Shown here: piece after piece, positions 1 to 9,407 of the stretch
Layout of the letters: every line of letters begins with the position of its first letter
How positions within the stretch are numbered: position 1 is the stretch's first letter
Program-made: the position numbers and the translations under genes
DNA from: Candidatus Micrarchaeota archaeon
GTDB lineage: Archaea; Micrarchaeota; Micrarchaeia; Anstonellales; Bilamarchaeaceae
Length of the DNA stretch: 64,000 nt
Direction: 5' to 3'
Assembly (NCBI GenBank): GCA_043812915.1
Contig: JBDRLQ010000003.1
Span: 32,001 to 96,000 of the forward strand
The notes under the pieces: generated by a model
Database searches by the model: none
Told to the model about the DNA's origin: nothing
Seen by the model: the letters and a program-made list of their open reading frames with translations, nothing else

Positions 1-1
1 G

Positions 2-334
2 GTGAAAGCAGGAGCGCTCAAGAAGAGGTACGTGCTTTTCAGGTTGCAGGGGCAGAAATTGGAAGAGGAGCCCCTCAAAAGAGCGTTATATGCAGAGGCG
101 CTGAAGTTCTTCGGGGAATACGGCCTTTCGAAAGCGGCGCTAAAAATCATGAAATACGATTCATCAAAGGGCATCGGAATTCTCCGCTGCGCCAGGGATT
201 ATCAGGAGGTTGTCCTTGGATTCCTCGCACTGATGGGTTCTTTCAACGGGGCGCCCGCCCGCCTGCTCACCCTCAGGTCCAGCGGCACGGTCAAGAGCCT
301 CGAGAGCACGTTCTTATCCAGCCAGGACAGGTAA
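2..334 (+). CDS. rnp2: RNase P protein component 2 (Pop5/Rpp14); may be 5'-truncated
   Basis: KKRYVLF, FFGEYG, GILRC and TLRSSGTVKSL motifs. Confidence 0.85.
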   Translation: MKAGALKKRYVLFRLQGQKLEEEPLKRALYAEALKFFGEYGLSKAALKIMKYDSSKGIGILRCARDYQEVVLGFLALMGSFNGAPARLLTLRSSGTVKSLESTFLSSQDR

Positions 335-609
335 TCCCGGTTTCCGCCCTCTATCCTGAAATACACTATCTCAGGAACCTCATAGGGGTGCTTCTCCTTT
401 ATGAAAAGCTCCAGCTGCTTGTACGCCTTCATCCTTGTCTTGATAATCAGCAGGAATTCCTCCTCTGATTCGAGTTTCCCCTTCCACCTGTAGAATGATT
501 TCCCTATCTTTATTACGTTCACGCAGGCGGCCAGCTCCATCCTGACCAGCTCTGATGCCGTCTCCTCTGCCAGTTTCCGGTCCGGATATGTTGAAAGGAC
601 GATTATCAT
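202..609 (-). CDS. cutA: Divalent-cation tolerance protein CutA
   Basis: LAACVN, SFYRWKG, HPYEVPEI, YLSWL. Confidence 0.93.
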   Translation of the reverse strand: MIIVLSTYPDRKLAEETASELVRMELAACVNVIKIGKSFYRWKGKLESEEEFLLIIKTRMKAYKQLELFIKEKHPYEVPEIVYFRIEGGNRDYLSWLDKNVLSRLLTVPLDLRVSRRAGAPLKEPISARNPRTTS

Positions 610-619
610 GCAAAGCCCC

Positions 620-1807
620 CTATTTCTTCTTGAATACTATCTCCAATACATCACGATGGTTTAGAATATGCTCCTTGCCCACCGCCTTCCGGGTCCTGGC
701 GTCTATGGCCTTGATGAATCCGTTTCCGATGTCTGAATGGAGCGAGAAGGCGAAATCCAAAGCCGTGGAGCCTGGCGGCAGGAGGAAGCAATCAGCCAGC
801 ACCCTGCCCTCGGAATCCTCCATCTTGCCAACCCCTCCAGGGAAAATGGCTATATAGTGCAGGAAGTCGAAGACAGCGGCGTTCAGGCATTTCTGCACGC
901 CTGTTCCCCCGAATCTTTCGGTGACATGCCTGAGGATGTCCATGGCCTTCTGCTGCTGCTCACTGAGATTTCCCTTGACCTTGAATGACTTGTCGCCAGG
1001 AAGGTAATCAATGAACCCGTTCTTGGCCGCGGCCTTGAGCGTAATCTCCGCTTCCGAAGAGCATGGCACAATCAGGTATTCCGGAAATTCCCTCTGCAGT
1101 TTAAGGTAGTTCTCATATCCGGTGGAAAGGTCGCATTTGTTCGCGGCGATTATTATCGGCTTTCCCAGCCTGCGGATTGTCTTTGCCAGTTTCAGCCTCT
1201 CATCCACTGACCAGTCAGAGAGCGGCTTCTCCTCGAGCTTCATGTCCTTGAGTATCTTGATGATGACTTCCTTCCTGATGCCCAGCCCTGCGAACTGCTG
1301 GCCCACCACATCCTCGGTCTTGGCGGTTTTCGCCTCCCGGACGAGCTTTGCCCAGTTGCGCTCGAGAATCCCCATAATCCAGTAGTCCAGCTCCTCCTCG
1401 AGGAACCTGACATCGTTTGTTGGGTCGTAATTGCCAGCGCCAATGCTCTCGCCGACCTCATTGGTGGAGCCGGAGACATCAACGACATGGATGAGGACAT
1501 CCGCCTGCCTAAGGTCGTCAAGGAACTTGTTGCCAAGGCCCTTGCCCTCGTGCGCCCCTGGAACAAGGCCCGCAACATCAAGGAGCTCAACCGGGACGAA
1601 CCTCCGCCCATCAACGCAATATCCTGTTCTTGGATTGCACTTCTTGCTGAACTCCTTGTCCACGCACTGCACTTCCACATAGCCAACAGCCCGATTGGGC
1701 TTGATTGTTGTGAATGGCCTTGGGGACCTTTCAACGACTGCTGATGTGGCGGCCATGAAGAATGTGCTTTTTCCGACTGATGGTTTTCCGACTATACCGA
1801 TTAGCAT
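620..1807 (-). CDS. ychF: Archaeal YchF/Obg-family P-loop NTPase with TGS domain
   Basis: GKPSVGKST, PFTTIKPN, DVAGLVPGA, GLGNKFLDDLRQAD, NKCD; C-terminal TGS. Confidence 0.92.
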   Translation of the reverse strand: MLIGIVGKPSVGKSTFFMAATSAVVERSPRPFTTIKPNRAVGYVEVQCVDKEFSKKCNPRTGYCVDGRRFVPVELLDVAGLVPGAHEGKGLGNKFLDDLRQADVLIHVVDVSGSTNEVGESIGAGNYDPTNDVRFLEEELDYWIMGILERNWAKLVREAKTAKTEDVVGQQFAGLGIRKEVIIKILKDMKLEEKPLSDWSVDERLKLAKTIRRLGKPIIIAANKCDLSTGYENYLKLQREFPEYLIVPCSSEAEITLKAAAKNGFIDYLPGDKSFKVKGNLSEQQQKAMDILRHVTERFGGTGVQKCLNAAVFDFLHYIAIFPGGVGKMEDSEGRVLADCFLLPPGSTALDFAFSLHSDIGNGFIKAIDARTRKAVGKEHILNHRDVLEIVFKKK

Positions 1808-1847
1808 ATGACTTCGTAATCACTTCTATGGCGGCTTTTTAATAATC

Positions 1848-2693
1848 CTATGCAAAGGAGAGCCGTTTGGCCAGGGCAGCCACATCTGCGCTCGGAGGGC
1901 CATGATTGGCATAAAAGCTCAGGCAGTATCGGCTTTCAAAATGCATCGAAGAACCATAATCGCGGTTTGAGTATAGCCCCCATGCGGGATGGCCGGCCGG
2001 AAGGGGCATCCTGAATGCCGGAGCCTCAAAACACTCAAGTTTCACCCCAAGCTCCTTTATCTTCGCCAGGATTTCCAGAATCTCCGAAGCTGCATTGTGA
2101 GGCTCTGCTCCTCTGCTATTGAAAATTTCTGCAACCTCTGAAAAAAGAGAGGACCTAATCTTTCGTATTTTCTTTTCCATCCCGCTTGCAATGCGGGTGA
2201 GTGTCTTCATAGAATCAAGCTCGCAGAGAACTCCGCTGGTTTTCTCCCAGCCCACCATCATTAAGCCGCCTCTTGGCAGGGGCTCTCCGGAATCCCCCAA
2301 GGCTGAAGCATGAAGCTCTGCTATTATTGCTCCTTGCCCGTTTTTTTCTGCGAAATCAAGCCATGCCCGCGTTCGAATCAGCAGGTCTTCTACCGAAAGC
2401 GCCGTATTGAGCATATCCCGTAGCGCAGGTCCCCCTACAGATTCTGAAAAAAGGAGGTCCCCATCATCCTTCAGCCTATCGATGAGCATTGCCCTTGCAT
2501 TCCAGCCCCGTTGCATCATTCCGGGAATAATCTTTGCCCTCACGTCAATACCTTCAGTGAGAAGCTTCTCCTTCAGTTTCTTCTGAAGGGACAATAGGGC
2601 GAAGTGTTCTGGTGAGTGCGGTGCTAGCAGAAGCACTGCTGGGCCTTTCTTTGGATTGCCTGTTTTCTTCCGGAGCATGAGACTCATACGCAT
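1848..2693 (-). CDS. Hypothetical protein
   Basis: 281-aa ORF filling the gap, with AT-rich upstream promoter-like sequence. Confidence 0.6.
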   Translation of the reverse strand: MRMSLMLRKKTGNPKKGPAVLLLAPHSPEHFALLSLQKKLKEKLLTEGIDVRAKIIPGMMQRGWNARAMLIDRLKDDGDLLFSESVGGPALRDMLNTALSVEDLLIRTRAWLDFAEKNGQGAIIAELHASALGDSGEPLPRGGLMMVGWEKTSGVLCELDSMKTLTRIASGMEKKIRKIRSSLFSEVAEIFNSRGAEPHNAASEILEILAKIKELGVKLECFEAPAFRMPLPAGHPAWGLYSNRDYGSSMHFESRYCLSFYANHGPPSADVAALAKRLSFA

Positions 2694-2735
2694 CCAGGCT
2701 TTAAACTACTTTCTTTAACAATTTTTATAACAAAA

Positions 2736-3884
2736 TTATTTTCTCAGGACAACAATGCTCTCCCTTGTTTTCACCTTGTGGGGCTTGACATCCGCGATGC
2801 GCTCTGCGCCGACAATTATGCGATTCTCCGAAAATCCGATTCTTTCCCCAATTTCCGCAAGCACTTCGTCGACCAGCACATGCGTCTGGTGGATTACCGA
2901 ATTGGACACGATGACATACGCCGCCTTTCCGGGTTTGAGCACCCTGTGCATCTCGCGCATCGTGCCTTCCATGTCCCTGAAGTATGTCCCGATAATAGGT
3001 ATCCTGAATCCTTCCTCACCGACTTCAGGGGGCATCTCATCGACATCCATCTGCCTTCCGATGAATGAGCGCACCGAGCGGGCCCGGGTATGCTCCGCCT
3101 CAGTCTTGCTAAGTTCGAGGAGGCTCAGCTCCAGCCCGTACACCTTGGAATAATCGATGTTGTTCAGGTATGGCGGGGAAGTCACTATGATGTCCGCGCA
3201 CCCGTCCTGGAGCTGCAGCGCCCTGGCATCACCGAGCACAATCTCGGGAGTAGGCCCTTTGACCGGATTCTCCAAATCTGAAAGCATCCTCTTAAGGCGC
3301 CTCTTGAAAGCGTCCTTCACAGGAAGCGCGCGCTTTTTCTTTTCTATCTTGAGCACCCCGCCGTCCTTCACGATTATGCTAACCAGCGGAATGATTGAAA
3401 GCAGCGCGAGGAGCAGAAGGTTGCGCACCCTGCCCTCTTCCTTTTCAATCATCTCACGGAGGTATAGCATGTCATTATAGTTCCTCTTTGGGAATGCCGC
3501 CCTTGAGCTGAAGAGCTCGAAGTCCCATTTTATCCGGGCTTCATGCCTTTCCTTGAATATGTTTGCAAGGAATCCTTTTGCCCCTTCAATTTCCTCTGTA
3601 GAGTAATCGTCAGTTTTCGTCTTCGAGACGAATACTGCGAGCTGGGATGCGTCAACCCCGAAAGACTGCAGGCCGGAGGCCTTTGCTGCAAGCAGCGTGG
3701 TGCCAACGCCGCAGAACGGGTCGACTACAAGCGAATCCCCTAAAATGCCCTCCTTCTGCAGGGCGTAATCGACTATTTCTGGAGCATAACCCTCCTTGTA
3801 CCAGAACCAGCCGTGGAAAGGCTTCTTTTTCGAGAGTTCGAAGGTCATCGCCTGCCCAATGCTCGGTTCGGTCGCAATATCCAT
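2736..3884 (-). CDS. Amino (N4-C/N6-A) DNA methyltransferase, apparently orphan
   Basis: DPFCGVGTT (motif I) followed by TSPPY (motif IV), plus HRVLKPG. Confidence 0.85.
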   Translation of the reverse strand: MDIATEPSIGQAMTFELSKKKPFHGWFWYKEGYAPEIVDYALQKEGILGDSLVVDPFCGVGTTLLAAKASGLQSFGVDASQLAVFVSKTKTDDYSTEEIEGAKGFLANIFKERHEARIKWDFELFSSRAAFPKRNYNDMLYLREMIEKEEGRVRNLLLLALLSIIPLVSIIVKDGGVLKIEKKKRALPVKDAFKRRLKRMLSDLENPVKGPTPEIVLGDARALQLQDGCADIIVTSPPYLNNIDYSKVYGLELSLLELSKTEAEHTRARSVRSFIGRQMDVDEMPPEVGEEGFRIPIIGTYFRDMEGTMREMHRVLKPGKAAYVIVSNSVIHQTHVLVDEVLAEIGERIGFSENRIIVGAERIADVKPHKVKTRESIVVLRK

Positions 3885-3917
3885 GGTAAGTACTGGCTCC
3901 CTTGCAATTATAAAGAG

Positions 3918-4358
3918 TTATCCGAGCGTCTGCTGCCCGCTTTTCTTCACCTGTTTCTTTCCGATCTCGACGGCATCCTTCGCAAGCTTGTCAGCTTCCT
4001 TGTTCTTTTCCCTAGGGATGTGCTCGAAATGGATATCCAGCCCATGTAGGAGATTGTCAATCTTCCTTTTCAGGGGCCTTAATTTCGGGTCCTTTACCTG
4101 GTATTCTCCAGTGAGCTGCCTGATTACCAACTGGCTGTCGCTTTTGAGGTGAACCTCATGCTCACCCATTGTATGCGCGGTCTCAAGGGCACGTATCACC
4201 GCGGTGTATTCAGCCATGTTGTTCGTCCCGATGCCAAGATACTCGCTCAGCTCCTCAACCCTGAATTCGTCCTTGTATATCACAATCCCGATTCCCATCG
4301 GGCCGGGATTGCCTGAGGAAGCGCCGTCGGTGTAAATAACTAGGGCCATGCAATCCAT
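3918..4358 (-). CDS. rnhA: Ribonuclease HI family protein
   Basis: YTDGASSGNPG, TNNMAEY, SDSQLV, HIPREKNKEAD. Confidence 0.92.
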   Translation of the reverse strand: MDCMALVIYTDGASSGNPGPMGIGIVIYKDEFRVEELSEYLGIGTNNMAEYTAVIRALETAHTMGEHEVHLKSDSQLVIRQLTGEYQVKDPKLRPLKRKIDNLLHGLDIHFEHIPREKNKEADKLAKDAVEIGKKQVKKSGQQTLG

Positions 4359-4399
4359 TCGCCAGCGTATTTTAATAACATTATTGCAGAGAAATTGCT

Positions 4400-4924
4400 A
4401 TGCCCGAGGAAATTCATCCGAACCCGATTGCCCAGATAGTGGTCCTTGTATTATTCGGAATCTTGATTTCTTTTGTTATGTCCTTCTTATTCGGCAGGGC
4501 GGATTTCTTCGGGGGGGTGCTGATAATACTTTGGGGCTTCTTCGCGGTGATTGCCGCGTACGCATTCCTGATTACCCGGTTCATCTCCCTCGATGTTTCT
4601 GACGGGGAGCTAATCTATCGGAGGGGGATGTTCTCTATACAGAGGATGCACATCCCGTTCAGGAAAATAACCGGGCTTTTCATGAACCAGACGTTTGTTG
4701 AGCGCATTTTCGGGCTTGGCACATTGGAAGTGGACACTGCTGGCGGGCCTTTTGCCGAGATTGTGGCATCCGCGATGCCCTACAAGGCTCTCGAGAGGAT
4801 TGTGGAAGAGATAAAGAGGGAGACGGACAGGGATGAGCATGGCGAGGCCCCGCCACCTCCCAAAAGCGCTGGAAAGCCCGCAAAGCCTGCGCAGAGCAAA
4901 CAGCACCAGACGATGTACAGGTGA
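4400..4924 (+). CDS. Membrane protein with bacterial PH domain (bPH_2/YdbS-like)
   Basis: Two TM helices, then RRGMFS..IPFRKI..QTFVERIFGLGTLEVDTAG. Confidence 0.8.
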   Translation: MPEEIHPNPIAQIVVLVLFGILISFVMSFLFGRADFFGGVLIILWGFFAVIAAYAFLITRFISLDVSDGELIYRRGMFSIQRMHIPFRKITGLFMNQTFVERIFGLGTLEVDTAGGPFAEIVASAMPYKALERIVEEIKRETDRDEHGEAPPPPKSAGKPAKPAQSKQHQTMYR

Positions 4925-4928
4925 TTGA

Positions 4929-5426
4929 ATGACAGCATGCTCGATAGACAACGATTTCGTTAATGTCAAGGACAGGAAGCTCATCCTCAAGCTCCGCGGC
5001 CTTGGCGCCGGAGTGGAAGATGCGGAAGAGGCCAAGCTCACTCTTCTCGAGGCGGCTTTTTTTGCCGGTATCGGAGTGCTTCCAATGAAAAAGGACGAGC
5101 TCCTAAAAGCCGCGGGGAAAATAGACAAGCTCGCGGAAGAGAAATACTTCGTAATCAAGTATCTGCGCGAGCGCGGATACATTGTGAGGCCGAGCCTTGA
5201 TGGCAGCCAGTATCTCCGCCTCCACAGGAAGGGCTTCAGGCCGGGCGAGGACCGCACGTATTATCTTATTGAGGTTGTCAGGAAGGACTGGAAGGCGGAG
5301 CCGGACTTGCTCTTTGCCTCCCTTGAATTCGCGGGCAGATTGAGGAAGGAGCTTGTAATCGCGGTTGTTGATACGGAGGCTGAGAAGCCGAGGTTCCTCA
5401 AGTTCGGGAGAATGACCATTGAATAG
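4929..5426 (+). CDS. tRNA splicing endonuclease-like subunit, probably non-catalytic
   Basis: LTLLEAAF, YLRERGYIVR, RLRKELVIAVVD; catalytic Tyr/His positions look substituted. Confidence 0.75.
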   Translation: MTACSIDNDFVNVKDRKLILKLRGLGAGVEDAEEAKLTLLEAAFFAGIGVLPMKKDELLKAAGKIDKLAEEKYFVIKYLRERGYIVRPSLDGSQYLRLHRKGFRPGEDRTYYLIEVVRKDWKAEPDLLFASLEFAGRLRKELVIAVVDTEAEKPRFLKFGRMTIE

Positions 5427-5481
5427 CCCGCAGAAAAGCGTTAATAACATGGCCTTCCAATTCTTCCCTTAGGTGCTAGTT

Positions 5482-6993
5482 ATGGACAAGCTCGGTACAA
5501 TCATAGCCCTTGACGGCTCCCCATCGACTTCGGAATTCTCCTTCGTTATAGAAAAGGACGGGGACGTGAAGAAAGGCCAGTATGTGGAAGTCCATCGAAG
5601 CGGCACGCGCATATTCGGCTTCGTCTCCGAGATTGTCCGGGCCAATCGGTACTTCGAGCGGGCTGAGAGCGTCGCTGAATACGAGAAGGCCTCCGGCATT
5701 AAAGAGCATTTCCCATCCGAGTCATGGGAATATGTGATGGCGCAGGTGAAGATTCTCGGGACACATGATGGGGTGAGGTTCATCAGGACCTTCTCCCCGC
5801 CCTCACCTGGGGACAAGGTATTCAACGCGGACGAGGGCGTGCTGAAGGAATTCCTGGGGTTCGAGGACCATGGCCTGCACCTGGGGAGCATACAGCACCA
5901 TGATGTTCCGGCAAAGCTATGCATGACCAGGCTCTTCCAGAAGCATCTTGCCATTCTTGCGATGTCGGGAGCGGGGAAATCCCACCTTTCATCCGTAATG
6001 CTCGAGGAGCTTCTGGAGAGGAAGCCGGAAGATGGGAGGATTGCTGTAATTGTCGTTGACATACACGGGGAATACTCCGGCTTCGCTCATGATGATGCCT
6101 TCGGGAAGAAAACCAGGGTGATTGACGGGGAGGACATCAAGATTCCGCTCCGGAAAGTGAATCCTGAGATGATTGAGGAATGGTTCCCGGATTTATCCCC
6201 GGCCCAGCGCGAAGTTCTGCGGCACGCAATGAATTCGCTTAATGGCCAGAATGAGGAAACCGAGGGCTTCAGCCTCAGCGAACTTATTGCTGAAGTGGAT
6301 GCCGCCGATGTCTCAAATGACACTGTCAAGAGGGCTCTCAAAAGGAGCCTCGGGGAATTGTCCAGATACAGGCTCGTGTCAAGGAAAGACGAGAGCCCGC
6401 GCCTTGACTCGGACATTGAGCCTGGGAAGATGCTCATCCTTGACTTTTCCTCAATCGATTCACTTAGGAAGAAGCAGATTCTTGTGTGCATGCTGGCAAG
6501 GAGGCTCTTTTCCCTTCGGAAGAAGAACAAAATCCCCCCATTCCTCCTGCTCATCGAGGAGGCGCACAACTTCGCCAGGGAGCACGCGGAGGCAAGGGAA
6601 GCGGTCTCAAGGAGCATCATAGAGACGATGGCGAGGGAGGGCCGGAAATTCGGCGCGTGCATCTGCCTAATTTCCCAGAGGCCGGTGAACCTTAGCACAA
6701 CCGCGCTCAGCCAGTGCAACACCCACATCATATTGAGGGTGACCAACCCCAACGACCTGGACCACATCCAGAAGAGCTCGGAAGGAATCGATTCAAGGGT
6801 CATCCGCTCCATCACGGGACTGAAGGTGGGGGAAGGGATTGTCGTAGGCGAGGCCGTGAACTACCCGGTCTTCATCAATATCCGGCAGAGGAAATCCATA
6901 AAGCGGGAGAGGGGCGCGCCGCTACACATGCAGGCTGCCGACTTCGAGAAGGAGAATGCGCGTAAGGATAATGAGGTGCAGGCGTTTCTGTAG
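5482..6993 (+). CDS. herA: HerA-family DNA translocase (HAS barrel plus ATPase)
   Basis: HLAILAMSGAGKS, DIHGEY, IEEAHNF, AREGRKFG, SQRP; AGGTG ribosome-binding site upstream. Confidence 0.88.
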   Translation: MDKLGTIIALDGSPSTSEFSFVIEKDGDVKKGQYVEVHRSGTRIFGFVSEIVRANRYFERAESVAEYEKASGIKEHFPSESWEYVMAQVKILGTHDGVRFIRTFSPPSPGDKVFNADEGVLKEFLGFEDHGLHLGSIQHHDVPAKLCMTRLFQKHLAILAMSGAGKSHLSSVMLEELLERKPEDGRIAVIVVDIHGEYSGFAHDDAFGKKTRVIDGEDIKIPLRKVNPEMIEEWFPDLSPAQREVLRHAMNSLNGQNEETEGFSLSELIAEVDAADVSNDTVKRALKRSLGELSRYRLVSRKDESPRLDSDIEPGKMLILDFSSIDSLRKKQILVCMLARRLFSLRKKNKIPPFLLLIEEAHNFAREHAEAREAVSRSIIETMAREGRKFGACICLISQRPVNLSTTALSQCNTHIILRVTNPNDLDHIQKSSEGIDSRVIRSITGLKVGEGIVVGEAVNYPVFINIRQRKSIKRERGAPLHMQAADFEKENARKDNEVQAFL

Positions 6994-7036
6994 CCCATGC
7001 GCCAATCTTTATAATCCTTAATCCCACAATAGCTTC

Positions 7037-7846
7037 ATGGCTCTAAGGGGAAAGGTTTTCGTTCTGCTCATGCTTCTTCTAGGCTCCTCCTTCGCTGTCA
7101 CTGTGGTTTCCCCGGTGAAGCTCGAAGTTGGCGAGGGGGATATCCTGGACCTTGGGACAATCGGCCCTGGGCAGACGATACAGGTCCAGATCGAGCCGAA
7201 AGTTGATACTGGCGGCATCCATGGAAAAGGCGGCTACTATGACATGGCGCAGGCGACAGTCCTCCCGGAGGGCTGGATGTCTGAGCCCAGCAAGCTCTAT
7301 GGCAGGCCCCTCCAGGTGAAAATCACCGCCGACCAGGACGCTCCCGAGGGCGACTATTCTGCCAAGGTGACCGTAATCGACGAGATGGATGGCGAGGAGC
7401 TTGGCAACATCACCTTCACCGCATGGATTCACATAACCTGGGATGTCCTTGACGTCGAAGTGACGCCGGCCTATTCAACAGTTGGCCCGGGCCAGCCATC
7501 TAGGTTCGAGATAACCGTCTGGAACAAGGGCTCTGCGAGCGACGCCTTCAACATCAGCGCGACTGGCGCCCGGAGCTGGGAGTTCACCAAGGCGGTGTTC
7601 GTGCCGGCAAAAAGCTCGAAGACGATATTCTATGACCTCGTCGGTTATGAGGAGGAGACCTACAAATCAAAAATCAGCGTCGTCTCCCTTGCCAGCGACA
7701 ACATACATGAGGAGCAGGACGTCACGCTTTTCATAAAAGCAGACCTTCTGGGAGATTTCAAGGCAACGAACCGGGGGACAGCGATATTCCCGATTTTCGA
7801 GGCCGTGATATACTCCCTTGCGGGCCTGCTCTCTAATTTCTACTGA
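7037..7846 (+). CDS. Secreted beta-sandwich (Ig-like) hypothetical protein
   Basis: Signal peptide, beta-rich repeats (APEGDY, TVWNKGSASDAF), hydrophobic C-terminus. Confidence 0.65.
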   Translation: MALRGKVFVLLMLLLGSSFAVTVVSPVKLEVGEGDILDLGTIGPGQTIQVQIEPKVDTGGIHGKGGYYDMAQATVLPEGWMSEPSKLYGRPLQVKITADQDAPEGDYSAKVTVIDEMDGEELGNITFTAWIHITWDVLDVEVTPAYSTVGPGQPSRFEITVWNKGSASDAFNISATGARSWEFTKAVFVPAKSSKTIFYDLVGYEEETYKSKISVVSLASDNIHEEQDVTLFIKADLLGDFKATNRGTAIFPIFEAVIYSLAGLLSNFY

Positions 7847-7856
7847 GGCATCTTTC

Positions 7857-9407
7857 ATGGACACAAGGAAAAAGGCAATCGCAGAGATAGTCCGCAGGCT
7901 GCTTCACGGGGAATATGATTTGGACAAACTCAAGCGCGAGGCAGGAAGGAGATACCGAATCGCGGCCATGATAAAGAATTCCGAGCTTCTGGCTTCTGTT
8001 CCAAAGTCAAAGATGACCCGGAAACTCGGGCTAATGCTCCGGAAGAAGCCGACGCGCACACTTTCCGGGATTACTTCAATAGCGGTCATGATTAAGCCGG
8101 AGGGCTCCTGCACCAGGGAGTGCATATACTGCCCTTTCACCGGGAAGGCGGCCAAGAGCTACACAGGGGAGGAGCCGGCGGCCCTCAGGGCAAGGCAATT
8201 CTCATTCGACCCGATAGAGCAGGTCAGGGGCAGGATTGTCCAGCTTGGCGAGATGGGGCACCCGACCGAGAAGTGCGAGCTCATCCTCATGGGCGGGACG
8301 TTCCTTGAGATGAATCCCAAGTACAAGCGCTCTTTCGTCAAGGGCATATATGATGCCCTCAACGGAAGGAAGGAGAAAACCCTTGCTTCTGCAATCAGGA
8401 TGAACGAGACCGCAAAGCACAGGGCGATAGGATTCACATTCGAGACAAGGCCGGATGTGTGCACGAAGAAGCACATAGACGAGATTCTCTCATATGGCGC
8501 AACGAGGGTCGAATTGGGTGTGCAGCACCCTGATGATAAAATCTATTCCTCCATCAGGAGGGGGCACACCGTGAAAGAGGTTGTGGATGCGACACGGGAG
8601 CTCAAGGATTCGGCATTCAAGGTGCTCTACCATGTCATGCCAGGCCTTCCTGGCTCTGGAAAAAGGAAGGACGTGTCCATGGTAAGGCGCCTTTTCAGGG
8701 ACGAGCGCTTCAAGCCGGACATGCTCAAGATCTATCCTACACTCGTTATCCCCGGGACCGTGCTCGAGAGAATGGTCAAAGACAGGGAATTTAGGCCATA
8801 TTCCTCTGAAAAGGCGGCTGAGATCATAGCCGAGATGCACAGGCACATACCGCCATATGTAAGGGTGATGCGCATACAGAGGGACATCCCGGCCGGCCTT
8901 ATCGCAGGCGGGGTGAGGAAGAGCAATCTCCGGCAGCTTGTGAATGAGCAGCTGAACAGGAAGAAAATTACGAGCCTGGAAATCCGCGGGCGGGAAATCG
9001 GCCTGCAAGGCCCGGGAGCGCATCTCTCGGATTTCTCAATCCGGAGGATGGAATACAATGCGAGCGGGGGCACTGAGAATTTCATTTCCTTCGAGAACCG
9101 GGAAAGGCTCATAGCAGGGTTCATCAGGATGCGCATCCCAGGAAAGAGCCACAGGAGGGAAATCACGGATAGCACAGCGCTTATAAGGGAGCTTCACGTT
9201 TACGGGAGCGAGGTCCCTATAGAGAAAAAAGGGGATGTGCAGCACCAGGGGATAGGCGCTCAGCTCCTTTCGGAAGCTGAAAAAGTGGCGGCTGAAAATT
9301 TCGGCAAGAAAAAGATGGTTATCCTGAGCGGAGTGGGGGTGCGCGAATATTATTTCAGGCACGGCTATCGGAGGCTCGGGCCCTACGTCGCAAAGGAATT
9401 ATCCTGA
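7857..9407 (+). CDS. elp3: Elp3 tRNA uridine(34) acetyltransferase (radical SAM plus GNAT)
   Basis: CxxxCIYCP, KSYTGEEPA, ETRPD, RIQRDIP, RELHVYG, QHQGIG, SGVGVREYY. Confidence 0.95.
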   Translation: MDTRKKAIAEIVRRLLHGEYDLDKLKREAGRRYRIAAMIKNSELLASVPKSKMTRKLGLMLRKKPTRTLSGITSIAVMIKPEGSCTRECIYCPFTGKAAKSYTGEEPAALRARQFSFDPIEQVRGRIVQLGEMGHPTEKCELILMGGTFLEMNPKYKRSFVKGIYDALNGRKEKTLASAIRMNETAKHRAIGFTFETRPDVCTKKHIDEILSYGATRVELGVQHPDDKIYSSIRRGHTVKEVVDATRELKDSAFKVLYHVMPGLPGSGKRKDVSMVRRLFRDERFKPDMLKIYPTLVIPGTVLERMVKDREFRPYSSEKAAEIIAEMHRHIPPYVRVMRIQRDIPAGLIAGGVRKSNLRQLVNEQLNRKKITSLEIRGREIGLQGPGAHLSDFSIRRMEYNASGGTENFISFENRERLIAGFIRMRIPGKSHRREITDSTALIRELHVYGSEVPIEKKGDVQHQGIGAQLLSEAEKVAAENFGKKKMVILSGVGVREYYFRHGYRRLGPYVAKELS

